Counted from the stretch's first letter, positions 42,189-53,347 are shown. The stretch: DNA of 64,000 nt from an uncultured Candidatus Rokubacteria bacterium (GCA_963789955.1 CAWBMV010000034.1:1210590-1274589); one strand, 5' to 3'. Numbers and translations: made by a program. The notes: generated by a model from the letters alone, not told the origin.

Positions 42189-43630
42189 TTAGTCCCTGAG
42201 GCCTCTTTCTGCCGCAGCGCGCCGGCCGTGTAGTCGTTCCGGGGGTTCCAGAGCATCCAGCCGACCGCCCCGGCGTCGTCGGCTCCTTTAATCTGGGCGC
42301 GGATCTCAGTCACGCCAAAGATCCGCTTGTCGAATGCATAGTCCTTGAAATCCTGGAGCCACGGCCGTACCCGCACCTTCTGGCTCGCGGCGCGCTGACG
42401 GATCAGCCGCACGCTCTCGTGGACGATCTCATACGGGTGCTGGACGGGATTGCGGAATCCAGGGATACCCACGTGGTAACCGGACGGGTAGACCATCGGG
42501 CAGAAGTAGTCGAGATGCGGCGCCAGCTCCTCGATGCGCTGGCCGATGTCCGTGTCGTTCTCGTTGAAGGCGGTGTAGCCGAAGACGTCGGCGGCGACGT
42601 AGACCCCGAGCGGGCCGAGCTCGCGTCGCGCCTTGCCGAGGAAGCCGGCGATGGCGGGGATCCTCGTGTCCTTGTTGACGGGCCCCGAGTACTTCGCGGC
42701 GCCGAGCTTGCCGTCAGTCGGGAACCGCACGTAGTCGAACTGGATTTCGTCGAAGCCCCTGGCGGCTGCCTCGCGCGCGATGGCGACGTTGTACTTCCAC
42801 ACCTCCTCGCGAAGGGGGTCGACCCAGGCCAGGTTCTCCCGGTCGATCCAGGGCTTGCCGGTGCGCGTGTCGGTGATGGCGAGATCGGGCCGGCCGTTGG
42901 CGAGGATGTTGTCCTTGAAGGTCACGATCCGCGCGATCGTGTAGATGCCCCGCGCCTTGAAATCCGCCATCAGCTCGTCGAAGTTCTTGAGCGTGCCGGG
43001 CCCCTGGGCGCCGACCGCCAGCGCCTGGGGCACCTCGGTCTTGTAGACGATCCAGCCGCGGTCGCCCTTCACGTCGATGACGACGGCGTTGATCTCGGTG
43101 CGCGCGGCCAGATCGAGGACGCGGCCGCGGATCTCCTTGCTCCCGACGCCGAAGTACGTCAGGTAGGCCGCCTTGATCATCTGCGGCTTCATGACGACCT
43201 CGATCGGGTCCTTGGTCGGCTGGCGCGTCACCTTCGCGAAGCCCGGACGCTTGACGAGCAGCGTGCCGTCCGGTGGATGACCCTCGACGGTGAATTTGCC
43301 CTCGGCGTCGGTCCGATGCTCGAGGCCGCCGATGACGATCGAGGCGCCCTCGAGCGGCGCGCGGCTCTCGTCAAGGATCTGACCACTGACCATCTTTGGC
43401 CAGGTCAGACGCGGCGGCTCGGGTGCGCGCTCGACCGGTTTGCCGAGATACTCGGTGACCGGTGCAGGAGTTGGCGCTGGCTGAGGTCGCGCCAGGGTTG
43501 TCGCGCGGGCGAGGTCCGACGGAGCCAGCACACCGTAGCCGGCGAGAATCGCAACAATGAGAAGCCCGGCTGTATAGGCTCCATCCAGGATGTTGCGACG
43601 ACGATTCGACGACGTGCGCTCGTCACTCAT
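42185..43630 (-). CDS. Putative glycoside hydrolase (DUF4015-like) with carboxypeptidase-regulatory-like domain
   Basis: NAVVIDVK, GFDEIQFDYVRFP, PMVYPS and RPWLQDF motifs. Confidence 0.85.
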   Translation of the reverse strand: MSDERTSSNRRRNILDGAYTAGLLIVAILAGYGVLAPSDLARATTLARPQPAPTPAPVTEYLGKPVERAPEPPRLTWPKMVSGQILDESRAPLEGASIVIGGLEHRTDAEGKFTVEGHPPDGTLLVKRPGFAKVTRQPTKDPIEVVMKPQMIKAAYLTYFGVGSKEIRGRVLDLAARTEINAVVIDVKGDRGWIVYKTEVPQALAVGAQGPGTLKNFDELMADFKARGIYTIARIVTFKDNILANGRPDLAITDTRTGKPWIDRENLAWVDPLREEVWKYNVAIAREAAARGFDEIQFDYVRFPTDGKLGAAKYSGPVNKDTRIPAIAGFLGKARRELGPLGVYVAADVFGYTAFNENDTDIGQRIEELAPHLDYFCPMVYPSGYHVGIPGFRNPVQHPYEIVHESVRLIRQRAASQKVRVRPWLQDFKDYAFDKRIFGVTEIRAQIKGADDAGAVGWMLWNPRNDYTAGALRQKEASGTK

Positions 43631-43700
43631 TGGTACTTTCGACAATAGCCGGACCGGGAAAGCGCACAAAGAAAAAATGTTTGCGGATACAATTCGGCGC

Positions 43701-44549
43701 ATGTCACCCATTTCACGCTTCGGATGCGAAGTAGCGCGCAGGCGTTCGGTCGTGGTAGGCGGTCTGCGATTGAGCTTTCTCGAGTGGGGAAACGCGGGGC
43801 GCCCGGCCCTCTGCTTCCTGCACGGCGGCTCCGCGCACGCCCACTGGTTCGACCTCGTTACGCCGGCGTTCGTCGACCGATTTCACGTGATCTCGCTCGA
43901 TCAGCGAGGTCACGGCGAGAGCCAGTGGGCCGAGCCGCCGGCCTACGCGACCGAAAACTTCGCGTCGGATCTGATCGGCTTCCTCGACGCGCTGGGTCTG
44001 GCGCGGGTCACGCTCGTCGGCCACTCGATGGGGGGCCACAACTCGATGTCATTTGCGGCCTGGCATCCGGATCGCGTGAGCGGGCTCGTCATCGTCGACT
44101 CGCGTCCGACCATCCCGACCGATCGACTCGACCGGCTGCGTCGGCGGGGCGAGCGCACCTTGAGGCCGTATCCTTCGCAGGAGGCCGCGGCGCAGGTGTT
44201 TCGTCTGCTGCCGCGCGAGACGAACGCCGATCCGGCGTTCCTCGCGCACCTTGGCGCCGCGGGAGTGGTCGAGCGGGATGGCGCGTGGTTCTATCGCTTC
44301 GATCCGGCGAGCAACTCCGGGCGCCGGCCGGTCGACGCCTGGACCCTGCTCGACCGCATCACGGCACCGACCCTGATCGCGCGCGGTGAGCTGAGCCCGG
44401 TGCTGCCGCGGGACATGGCCGAGAAGCTACGCGCCTCGATCCCGAACGCGACGCTCGTGGAGATTCCGGCGAGCTACCACCATCTGGTGCTCGACAACCC
44501 GCCCGCCTTCGTTCAGGAGCTCGACGCGTTCCTGACGGCGCTGCCGTAG
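43701..44549 (+). CDS. Alpha/beta fold hydrolase
   Basis: LHGG, DQRGHGES, GHSMGG and C-terminal HH. Confidence 0.9.
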   Translation: MSPISRFGCEVARRRSVVVGGLRLSFLEWGNAGRPALCFLHGGSAHAHWFDLVTPAFVDRFHVISLDQRGHGESQWAEPPAYATENFASDLIGFLDALGLARVTLVGHSMGGHNSMSFAAWHPDRVSGLVIVDSRPTIPTDRLDRLRRRGERTLRPYPSQEAAAQVFRLLPRETNADPAFLAHLGAAGVVERDGAWFYRFDPASNSGRRPVDAWTLLDRITAPTLIARGELSPVLPRDMAEKLRASIPNATLVEIPASYHHLVLDNPPAFVQELDAFLTALP

Positions 44550-44652
44550 CGATCGATACGAAACCGCGCGATGGCGTCGGGCGGACGGCTGCGTTCGCCG
44601 GCGCCGACTACTGGTCGAGTCCGGCGATGAACGTCTTCAGCGTGGGTCCCCA

Positions 44653-45369
44653 CTATGCGATGCCGACGTGGAGCGCGATCGTTCCCAGCCCGAACCGCCG
44701 GTAGGTGACGTCGCGCAGCCCGACGTCCTCCATCAGCTCCGCGAGCTCGTCCGGGGTGACGAAGCGATCGACCGACTGCGGCAGATAGGTGTACGCCTGC
44801 CGATCGCCGGCCACGAAGGCGCCGATGGCCGGGACCACGTGATTGAAGTAGGCGCCGAAGACGGCGCCCCAGAGCGGCTGCGCCGGGCGCACGATGTCGA
44901 GCGTGATGACACGGCCGCCCCGCGCGGTCACGCGGCGCATTTCCGCGAGGCCGCGCCCGAGGTCTTCGAGATTGCGCAGAAGGAACGCCGACATCACGCA
45001 GGCGAAGGCGCCGTCGCGAAAGGGCAGCGCGAGCGCGTCGGCGACGAGAAGCTCCACGCGGGCCACGCGCCGTTGCCGGAGCTTGGCCTGCGCCACCCGG
45101 AGCATCCCCTCGGAGAAATCGGCGCCGGCGACGAACCGGCCGGGAGTGCGCGCGCGAACGGCGAGCGCGAGATCGGCGGTGCCCGTGGCCAGATCGAGCA
45201 CCGGCCCCGCGGGCGCGCCGGCGGCACCCAGGGCCACCCGACGGCGCCAGGCATGGTGACGGCCGCCGGTCATGAGCGAGTTCATGAGGTCGTAGCGGCG
45301 GGCGATGCGGGTGAACATCGTCCGCACGGCCTCGCCCTTGGACGGAGAAACGGCCGGCGACGCCGACAC
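44653..45369 (-). CDS. ubiE: UbiE/MenG quinone C-methyltransferase
   Basis: MFTRIARRYDLMN, LDLATGTADLA and AYTYLPQS motifs. Confidence 0.88.
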   Translation of the reverse strand: MSASPAVSPSKGEAVRTMFTRIARRYDLMNSLMTGGRHHAWRRRVALGAAGAPAGPVLDLATGTADLALAVRARTPGRFVAGADFSEGMLRVAQAKLRQRRVARVELLVADALALPFRDGAFACVMSAFLLRNLEDLGRGLAEMRRVTARGGRVITLDIVRPAQPLWGAVFGAYFNHVVPAIGAFVAGDRQAYTYLPQSVDRFVTPDELAELMEDVGLRDVTYRRFGLGTIALHVGIA

Positions 45370-46214
45370 TAACGCAGGCCGAGCACGACCGCGGCGAGGA
45401 CGATCAGCGCGATGTAGCCGTTCACGTTGAAGAAGGCGACGTCGAGCCGCGAGAGATCGCGCGGGCTCACGAGCGAGTGCTCGTAGGCGAAGAGCGCCAC
45501 CACGGCGAGCCAGCCGACCCAGTAGATCGGGCCCAGCGCCAGCTGCCAGCCCAGCGCGGCGAGCGCCAGCGCCGTCAGCGCGTGATTCACCCGCGCCGCG
45601 ATCAGCGCCGCGCGCACCCCGAAACGGGCGGGGAAGGAGTGGAGTCCCTGCGCCCGATCGACGGCCACGTCCTGGCAAGCGTAGATCAGGTCGAAGCCGC
45701 CGATCCAGGTCGTGAGCGCGAACCAGATCACGAAGGCGGGCGGCTCGAAGGCGCCCCGCACCGCGATCCAGCCGCCGGCGCCCGCGATGCCGTCGGTGAA
45801 GCCGAGCACCCAGTGCGAGAGCCAGGTGAAGCGCTTCATGTAGTGGTAGCCGACGAGAAACGCGAGCGCGAGCGGCGCCAGGGCGAAGCAGAGAGGGTTC
45901 AGCATCCACGCCGCCACGAACATGAGCACGGCGCCCGCGATCGCGAGCGCGCGCATCTCGCCGACGCCCAGCAAGCCGCTCGGCAAGTGCCGCCCCGCCG
46001 TGCGCGGATTCTTCGCGTCGATGAAGCGGTCGATCACGCGGTTGGCCGCCATCGCGCACGTGCGGCCGCCGACCATCGCGGCCGTGACCCAGCCGACCGT
46101 CCACCAGCCGGGCCAGCCGCGGGCGGCCAGCACCATGGCGATGTAGGCGAAGGGCAGGGCGAAGATCGTGTGCTCGAACTTGATCGCGTCGAGCACGCGC
46201 CGGAGCTTGCTCAG
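45369..46214 (-). CDS. mqnP: UbiA-like polyprenyltransferase (MqnP, futalosine pathway)
   Basis: IKFEHTIFALPF, NRVIDRFID..NPRT and FDLIYACQD motifs. Confidence 0.88.
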   Translation of the reverse strand: MSKLRRVLDAIKFEHTIFALPFAYIAMVLAARGWPGWWTVGWVTAAMVGGRTCAMAANRVIDRFIDAKNPRTAGRHLPSGLLGVGEMRALAIAGAVLMFVAAWMLNPLCFALAPLALAFLVGYHYMKRFTWLSHWVLGFTDGIAGAGGWIAVRGAFEPPAFVIWFALTTWIGGFDLIYACQDVAVDRAQGLHSFPARFGVRAALIAARVNHALTALALAALGWQLALGPIYWVGWLAVVALFAYEHSLVSPRDLSRLDVAFFNVNGYIALIVLAAVVLGLR

Positions 46215-47672
46215 AGCCCGTACTCCTTCCAGCGCCGCGTCACCCGCTCGCGCACCTCGTCGCTCATCACGATCTCGTCGGGCCAGGGCTGGGTGACGTC
46301 GTCGAGCGCGCTCTTCTCCGTGGCGTCGACGCCGAGCTTTCCGCCGTAGCGGTGGCGCAGCGCCGCGTGATCGAGATCGTCCATCGGCCCCTCGATGATC
46401 ATCAGGTCGCGCCGCGGGTCGATGTTGCCGGTCGCGCGCCAGGCGACTTCCGAGAGATCGTGGACGTTCACGTGCTCGCTGACGACGACGATCGTCTTGG
46501 CGAGCATCATGAGCCCCATGCCCCAGAGCGCCGTCATCACCTTGCGGGCCTGGCCGGGGTAGCGCTTCTTGATCGAGACGATCACGAGGTTGTGAAAGAT
46601 GCCCTCGGCCGGCATGTTCATGTCGACGACCTCGGGCAGCATGAGCCGGATGATCGGCAGGAAGAGCCGCTCGGTCGCCTTGCCGAGCCAGTAGTCTTCC
46701 TGCGGCGGGCGTCCGACGATCGTCGTCGGATAGATCGGTCGCGCGCGGCGGGTGACCGCGGTGAGATGGAACACCGGATAGTCGCGCGCGAGCGAGTAGT
46801 AGCCGGTGTGATCGCCGAACGGGCCTTCGAGCCGCCGCTCGCGCGGGTCGACGTAGCCCTCGAGCACGATCTCGGCCTGCGCCGGCACCTCGAGATCGTT
46901 CGTCACGCAGCGCACCAGCTCGACGCCGTGGCCGCGCAGCCATCCGGCGAACACGACCTCGTCGACACCCGGCGGCAGGGGGGCGGACGCCGCGTAGATC
47001 ATGGCCGGATCGCCGCCGAGCGCGATCGCGACGGGCATGCGGCTGGGCGACTCGCCCTGCTCTTCGGCGACCCGATGGTGCTCGGCGCCGCCCTTGTGAG
47101 TCTGCCAGTGCATGCCGAGCGTCCGATCGTCGAAGACTTGCAGCCGATACATGCCGACGTTGCGCTGTCCCGTGCGCGGATCCCGCGTGAAGACCGCCGG
47201 CAAGGTGATGTAGCGGCCGCCGTCGCCGGGCCAGCACTGGAGCGCCGGCAGCCCGGCAAGCGACGGGCGCGCCGTCTCGACCACCTCCTGGCATGGCGCG
47301 GAGGTCGACGCGCTTCGGCCCGGCCTTCACGAGATCGAAGAGCGTGTGGAGCTTGCCCAGGCGCTCGGCGAACGTGCCGGGCAGCTTCAGGTCGAGGAGC
47401 TTCGCGACACGCTCACCGAGCTCGTCGAGATGGCTCACGCCGAGCGCGGCCGCCATACGGTCCTGCGCGCCGAACGCGTTCACGAGCACGGGCATGTCGA
47501 AGCCGTCGACGCGCTCGAACAGGAGGGCCACGTTGCGGTCGGGCGGGCTCTTCGACACGCGGTCGGTGATCTCGGCGATCTCCAGATCGCGTGAGACGGG
47601 CGCCGTGATCCGCCGGAGCCGCCCGTGCTTCTCGAGATGGTCGACGAACTCGCGGAGGTCGGTGAAGCTCAC
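46211..47672 (-). CDS. mqnL: UbiD-family menaquinone biosynthesis decarboxylase (frameshift near 47295)
   Basis: LEIAEITDR, RNVGMYR, EGPFGDHTGYY and GRPPQED motifs. Confidence 0.9.
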
Positions 47673-47989
47673 TCGTGATTGAAGACGGAGACCAGCCAGC
47701 CGGCGATCAGGGGAAAGGCGAGGCTCGGCACGGTCACCATCGGGCCGCCGGGCGTGACCACACCGGACAGGGTCGCCAGGAGGAGCGCGCGCATCCCGCC
47801 GCCCTGGCCGAAATGCCGTGAGACGAAGTCCTCGGGCACCAGCACCTGCATCAGGCCTGCCAACAAGAGGGCCACCACCATCCGTGGTAGGACGCCGGAT
47901 CCTTCAGGTACGCGACGACTGCGAGGACCACGGCGACGGCGGCGAGGATCAGTGTCGAGGTGTCCAGCGGCGACCGCATCGCGCGTCAT
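47669..47989 (-). pseudogene. Degenerate permease remnant
   Basis: LLAGLMQVLVP..GVVTPGGP joined directly to a C-terminal SLAFPLIAGWL. Confidence 0.5.
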
Positions 47990-48027
47990 TATTGCATAGG
48001 GCCCGGGGGTCCGTTCATACTCGGAGA

Positions 48028-51000
48028 ATGGCGCGCGTCCCCAAGAAGCACGAGGGCGTCAAGGGACTCCTCGACAATCTCAGCGAAGCGCTCGTCATCC
48101 TCGATCCCGCCCTCGAAGTCGTCGAGTGGAACCCGGCCATGGAGCGGCTCACGGGCGTGAGGTCGGCCGATGCCATCGGCCGCAGCGCGGCCGCGATGCT
48201 GCCGCTGTTCCGCGATACCACCCTGGTCCCGCTGATTCGCCGGGCGCTCGCCGGCGAGGCATCCGATGCGGTCGAGCTGCCGTACAGCGCGACCGGCGAC
48301 GACCGGCTTCTGTGGCTGAAGGCGCGCTGCGCGCCGTGGCGTGACGGCGAGGGCGCCGTCACGGGCGCCGTCGCGTTCTTCAGCGACGTCAGCGACCACC
48401 AGCGACACGCGCTCCTGCTGCTGGCCATGGAAGCCATCGGCCAGTCGCTCACCTCGTCGCTCGATCTCAACGAGGTCCTCGACACCATCGTCAACAAGGC
48501 GCTCGAGGTGATGGGCGCCGAGTCGGCGATGGTGGTGCTGGGTGACGGGACGACCCCCGAGTTCCGCGTGATGCGCGCGGCCGGTCGGCTGAGCGCCGAG
48601 TACACGCGCGTCGGCAGCATCCCCGTCGGCGGTGGTCCGGTCAGCGTGGCGGTGCGCGACGGACGCACCGTGACCACGCGCAACATCCTGACCGATACGC
48701 GGCTCTGGCTCGCGCCCCAGCGCCGCATCGACATCGAGCGCGAGGGCTTCAAGGCCGCGGCGGCGGCGCCGCTCGCGGTGAAGGACCGGATCCTCGGCTC
48801 GCTGGTCGTGCACTACTGGACCGAGCGCACCTTCGGCAGCGAAGAGACCGCCGCGCTCGAGTTCCTGGCCAAGCAGGCCGCCATCGCGATCCGCAACGCC
48901 TCGCTCTACGAGGCCGAGCACGCCGAGGCCACGCGCATCCGCGCGCTCACGAGCGTGAACCGTCGCATCTCGAGCGCGCTCGAGCTCGACACCCTCTTGC
49001 GGACCATCTCCGACTCGGCCGCCGAGCTGACCGGCGCGAAGCTGGTCACGTTCTGGCTGGCCGACGAGCAGCGCCGCACCCTCTCGTTCACGAGCAGCAC
49101 CGTGCCCGAGATGATGGCGTCGTACTCGCCCACGATCATGACGTACGACCAGGGCGCGAACGGGCTGGGTGGCCCGCCACCGCGAGCCGCTGGTCGTCGA
49201 CGACATGCTCAACGACGAGCGGCTCGTGAACCGCGAGTGGTCGGAGCGATGGGGCATGCGCAGCTACGCGGGCTATCCGGTCCTCGCCGGCGACGAGCTG
49301 CTCGCCGTCATGGCGCTCGCCCACACCGAGCCGCTGCGCTTCGGCAAGGACAAGCTCGACCTGATCGATCTCTTCCTGGCGCAGGCGGCCATCGCGATCC
49401 AGAACGCCCGGCTCTTCCGCGAGGCCAAGCGCCGCCGCGACGTGGCCGAGGTGCTGGCGCGCCTGGCCCGTGAGCTGACGTCGACCCTCGAGGTCGAGCC
49501 GATCGCCAAGCTCCTGGCGCGGGGCGCCGCGGAGCTCGTGAACGCGCGCGCCGCCGGCGTCTTCCTGGTCGAGCCCGAGGACGGATCGCTGCGCGCGACG
49601 GCGACCTACGGCACCGACGCCGACATCATGCGCGAGCTGATCTTCAAGTCGGGCGAGGGCGCCGTGGGCCGCGCCATCGTCGATCGGCGGATCGTCATGA
49701 CCGCCGACGTCCTGTCCGACCCGGCGATCCAGCTCGCGGCGTGGGTGCGCGAGCGCATCCGCTCGAGCGGCTATCGCGTGGTCGTGGGCGTGCCGCTCTT
49801 GACCCACGACCGCGTCATCGGCGCGCTCGGCCTCGGCGCCGACCCGGGCAGCACGTTCTCGCGCGACGAGCTTCAGACGCTCGAGGCGCTCGCCGACCAG
49901 GCGGCACTCGCGTTCGAGAACGCGCGCCTCTACGCGAGCGCGCGCGACAGCCTGGTGCGGCTGGGCGAGAAGCAGGTGCAGCTCGTGCAGGCGGCGAAGA
50001 TGTCGGCGCTCGGCCAGCTCGTGTCCGGCGTGGCGCACGAGCTGAACAACCCGCTCAGCGTCATCGTGGGCTACGGCCAGCTCTTGCTCGCGCGCGAGGT
50101 GCCGACCGCCGTGCTGCGGCCGATCGAGCTGATGGTGAGCCAGGCCGATCGCATGGCGAAGATCGTCAGAAATCTGCTGCTGTTCGCCCGCCAGCGTCCG
50201 GCCGAGCGCACGACCGTGAATATCAACGAGGTCCTGGAGCAGACCCTGGCGCTCCGGCTCAACCAGCTCACGGTCTCGGGCATCGCCGTCGAGAAAAAGC
50301 TCGCCCGCGGACTGCCGTCGGTCATGGCGGATCCCCATCAGCTCGAGCAGGTCTTCCTGAACCTTCTGCTCAACGCCGAGCAAGCGATGCTCGAGGGAAA
50401 GACCGGCGGGCGCATCATCCTGAACACGACCGTGAGCCGCGACGGGCGCATGGTGCACGCCGAGGTGATCGATGACGGTCCCGGCATTCCGCAAGAGGCG
50501 TTGCCTCACGTCTTCGAGCCGTTCTTCAGCACCAAGCCCGTCGGCAGCGGCACCGGCCTCGGGCTCTCGGTCTCGTACGGCATCGTCGAGGAGCACGGCG
50601 GCCACCTGGTCGTGGAGAGCCGCCCGGCCCGCACGGTGTTCCGGCTGGAGCTGCCGGTCGCGCAGTCCGCGGCCGCCCAGCGCGCGGCCCCGAAAGGCTC
50701 GCCCATGATCGTCACCGGCGAAGGCCGCATCGCGCTCGTCGTCGAGGACGAGGCCAGCGTGCTCGATCTGATCGTGACGATCCTGACCCAGACCGGCTGG
50801 CGCGTGGACGTGGCCACCGGCGGCCGCGAAGGGCTCGAGCGGGTACGCAACCAGCGCTACCACCTGATCGTGTCCGACATCCGGATGCCCGACGGCGACG
50901 GCGAGACGTTCTACAAGGCCGCGGTCCAGGACGATCCCGCGCTCGGCCAGCGCTTCATCTTCATCACGGGGGACACCGCCAACCGCGAGGCGTTTTCGTT

Positions 51001-51085
51001 CTTGAAGGATGCGGGGGTGCTCATCCTCGAGAAGCCGTTCCAGCCGACGTTCTTCCTCGACGCCGTGCGCCGCGTCACGTCGTAG
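48028..51085 (+). CDS. Hybrid sensor histidine kinase PAS-GAF-GAF-GAF-HisKA-HATPase-REC (frameshift near 49165)
   Basis: WNPAME PAS; three GAF ends (AIRNA, IQNA, FENA); AHELNNP, DDGPG and GTGLGL; receiver SDIRMP. Confidence 0.9.
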
Positions 51086-51188
51086 TCGGGGTCTACACCT
51101 TTCGTTGTGATTTTCTGCTCGACGGCCCTGGACACATGTCGTGACTCAGCAGGTATCACACCGCGATGCGTCGAGGCGCACGTCGTGA

Positions 51189-51217
51189 TTGACACCGCCG
51201 CCGCCGCAGGCTAGTAG
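51189..51217 (+). promoter_or_regulatory. Putative sigma-70 promoter of the HU gene
   Basis: TTGACA-N17-TAGTAG. Confidence 0.5.
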
Positions 51218-51234
51218 AGGGAGCAGGCTTTACG

Positions 51235-51507
51235 ATGACCAAGGCCGAGATCGTAGCAATCATGGCGAAGACTTCGGGAGGCTCGAAGACCTCCGCCGAG
51301 CGCGCCATGAATGCTTTCGTCTGCGGCATCGTCGAATCGCTTCGCCGCGGCCGTCGCGTCACAATCTCCGGATTCGGAACATTCGTGGTCACGCGCCGCG
51401 CCGCGCGCAACGGCCGCAACCCGCGCACCGGCAAGGAGATTCAGATTCCGACCGTCAAGGTGCCGCGCTTCCGCCCGAGCCGCACCCTCAAGTCCGCGAT
51501 TCGCTGA
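51235..51507 (+). CDS. hup: HU family DNA-binding protein
   Basis: MTKAE, GFGTF and GRNPRTG motifs. Confidence 0.93.
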   Translation: MTKAEIVAIMAKTSGGSKTSAERAMNAFVCGIVESLRRGRRVTISGFGTFVVTRRAARNGRNPRTGKEIQIPTVKVPRFRPSRTLKSAIR

Positions 51508-51536
51508 GTTCGGTATGGTAAGGTTGGGTGCGTTGG

Positions 51537-51610
51537 TGGGGGATCGTCTAGTGGTAGGACGCGTGGCTCTGGACCACGTAGCGGGGGTTCGAATCCTCCT
51601 CCCCCAGCCA
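51537..51610 (+). tRNA. tRNA-Gln (CTG)
   Basis: Acceptor TGGGGGA/TCCCCCA; anticodon arm CGTGG-CTCTGGA-CCACG; GTTCGAATC; CCA end. Confidence 0.96.
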
Positions 51611-51683
51611 ACAAATTTCGTGTAAGTTGCTGGCGCGCTCGCTGCGGTTACCACTCGCAGCGTTGCGCTTGGCGCGGTTGGCC

Positions 51684-51759
51684 GGCCCCATCGTCTAGAG
51701 GCCCAGGACACGGCCCTCTCAAGGCTGAAACACGGGTTCGAATCCCGTTGGGGCCACCA
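51684..51759 (+). tRNA. tRNA-Glu (CTC), probable integration site
   Basis: Acceptor GGCCCCA/TGGGGCC; anticodon arm CGGCC-CTCTCAA-GGCTG; GTTCGAATC; CCA end. Confidence 0.96.
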
Positions 51760-53347
51760 ATCCTTGAACTCCTTGTAATTCAAGGCGTCCGATGATCGGG
51801 GCGAGGGTGCCCGCGCCCTTAAAGCGAATAACGCCAGCGCCCGCCTCGACATCGGGACTAAACGTAATGCGCCCGACGAGGAGTTTCCTGAGAAGCGAAC
51901 GCGTCGCCTGGACATGCTTTGCGGCGAGTCCGCGCCAGTCCGCGAGCAGCGCCGTGATGCGCGGGCGGAGCGCAGTCAGATCCAGCGGGGGCGCGACAGT
52001 CTGACGGTCCAGGTGGGCCAGCGCCGTCTGGAGTTCGACGCGCCGCTTCTCGCGGAGCTTGATCGCCGTCAGCACAGTCTCCATCGTACTGCCGCCTGCT
52101 GCGATCGCTTCGCTGAAGTTCGCCAGCTCGCGATCGACCTGGGCGAGATCGCGCTGGAGCCGGGCGCGTTGCTGCTCGGGCGGTTCGTCGATCGGGTCGG
52201 GCTCCATGAGCCGCCGGATCGCCTCGCTGATCACGTCGGGGTGTAGCAACACGCCTTCGAGGTAGTTCAAGATCGCGCTGTCGGTGATCGGCAGCGGCAG
52301 CCACATCGTGTTGTCGCACACACTGCCCTTGTCGAGCCGGGCGCGGCACACGTAGTAGAACGCGCGCTTGCGGCCGTGTGAGCGCGAGCGCACCGTGAGC
52401 GGGCTGCCGCAGGGGCAGAGCGCCATGCCCGTCAGCAGGTAATGCGACTCGACGCCGTTGGCAGGCTTCGACCAGAGCTTGCCCTTCGAGTTCCGTAAGT
52501 AGATGGAGGCGATCTGCTTGCGGCGCTGTTGGACGGCGTCCCATAAGCCCTCGGGGACGATGCGCAGATCATCGCGCCGGACGCGGAACACCTGGTCGCC
52601 CCACTGACTGATGACCTCGCCGGTGTAGATAGGGCGTTTGATGACATCGCGGACCGTGACGGGTGACCACCCGGCGGGGCCGCCCTTCGACGGACGCGGG
52701 CAAGGCAGGCGCTCCGCGTTCAACTCTTTGGCGATCGTGCGGAAACCCGCGCCCTCGCTGTAGCGGGTGAAGATGCGGACGATCACCCTAGCCTCGTCCG
52801 GGTTGATGACCCGCTCGACGTGGCCGTCGACGCGACGATTGGAGAAGCCGAACGTCTTGCCGCCGTGCACATAGCCTGCCTTGGCCTTGCGCTTGAGCGC
52901 ATCCACCATGTGCCGGGTGACCGATTCGCGATAGAACTCTGAGCCGAAGCCGCGCACTTGCTCCATGAAGCGCCCAACGGCGTCCTCCAGATTCGCGAAG
53001 CGGCGCTCCTGATAGTAGTAGAGCCGTACGCCCGCCTTATAGAGCCGGGCCAGCACCGCAGCGAGTTCCCACTGGTTGCGCATCAATCGATCGTCCGCCG
53101 CCATCACCACCACGTCGAACGGCCGGGGCGTGCTCTCGGCTGCCGCGAGCAACGCATGCAAGCCGGGGCGGTGCTCGACACCGAGCGCGCCCGAGATCGC
53201 GTCATCCTCGTATACGTACGCGTCGGCCACCATCCATCCCCGAGCCTCGGCCTCGGCGCGCGCCTCGGCCTTCTGGCGCGTGACGGACTTTTCCTTTTGA
53301 TCCTTGTCTTCCTCTGGCGTCGATTTCCTCGCGTAGATCGCGATCAT
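51719..53347 (-). CDS. Large serine recombinase/integrase
   Basis: IYARKS catalytic motif, DDRLMR, recombinase domain, Zn ribbon YLLTGMALCPCG...YYVC...C, and coiled coil. Confidence 0.94.
   Translation of the reverse strand: MIAIYARKSTPEEDKDQKEKSVTRQKAEARAEAEARGWMVADAYVYEDDAISGALGVEHRPGLHALLAAAESTPRPFDVVVMAADDRLMRNQWELAAVLARLYKAGVRLYYYQERRFANLEDAVGRFMEQVRGFGSEFYRESVTRHMVDALKRKAKAGYVHGGKTFGFSNRRVDGHVERVINPDEARVIVRIFTRYSEGAGFRTIAKELNAERLPCPRPSKGGPAGWSPVTVRDVIKRPIYTGEVISQWGDQVFRVRRDDLRIVPEGLWDAVQQRRKQIASIYLRNSKGKLWSKPANGVESHYLLTGMALCPCGSPLTVRSRSHGRKRAFYYVCRARLDKGSVCDNTMWLPLPITDSAILNYLEGVLLHPDVISEAIRRLMEPDPIDEPPEQQRARLQRDLAQVDRELANFSEAIAAGGSTMETVLTAIKLREKRRVELQTALAHLDRQTVAPPLDLTALRPRITALLADWRGLAAKHVQATRSLLRKLLVGRITFSPDVEAGAGVIRFKGAGTLAPIIGRLELQGVQGLVAPTGFEPVFQP

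Noticed and set aside
45369..47672. 767-aa UbiD-UbiA fusion ORF
   Set aside because: Produced by the frameshift near 47295; the true UbiD frame ends at 46211.
311..51195. Many long antisense or alternate-frame ORFs (e.g. 25835-27703, 38678-40435, 49136-50863)
   Set aside because: They are Arg/Ala/Gly-rich shadows of real genes, expected at high GC, with no motifs.
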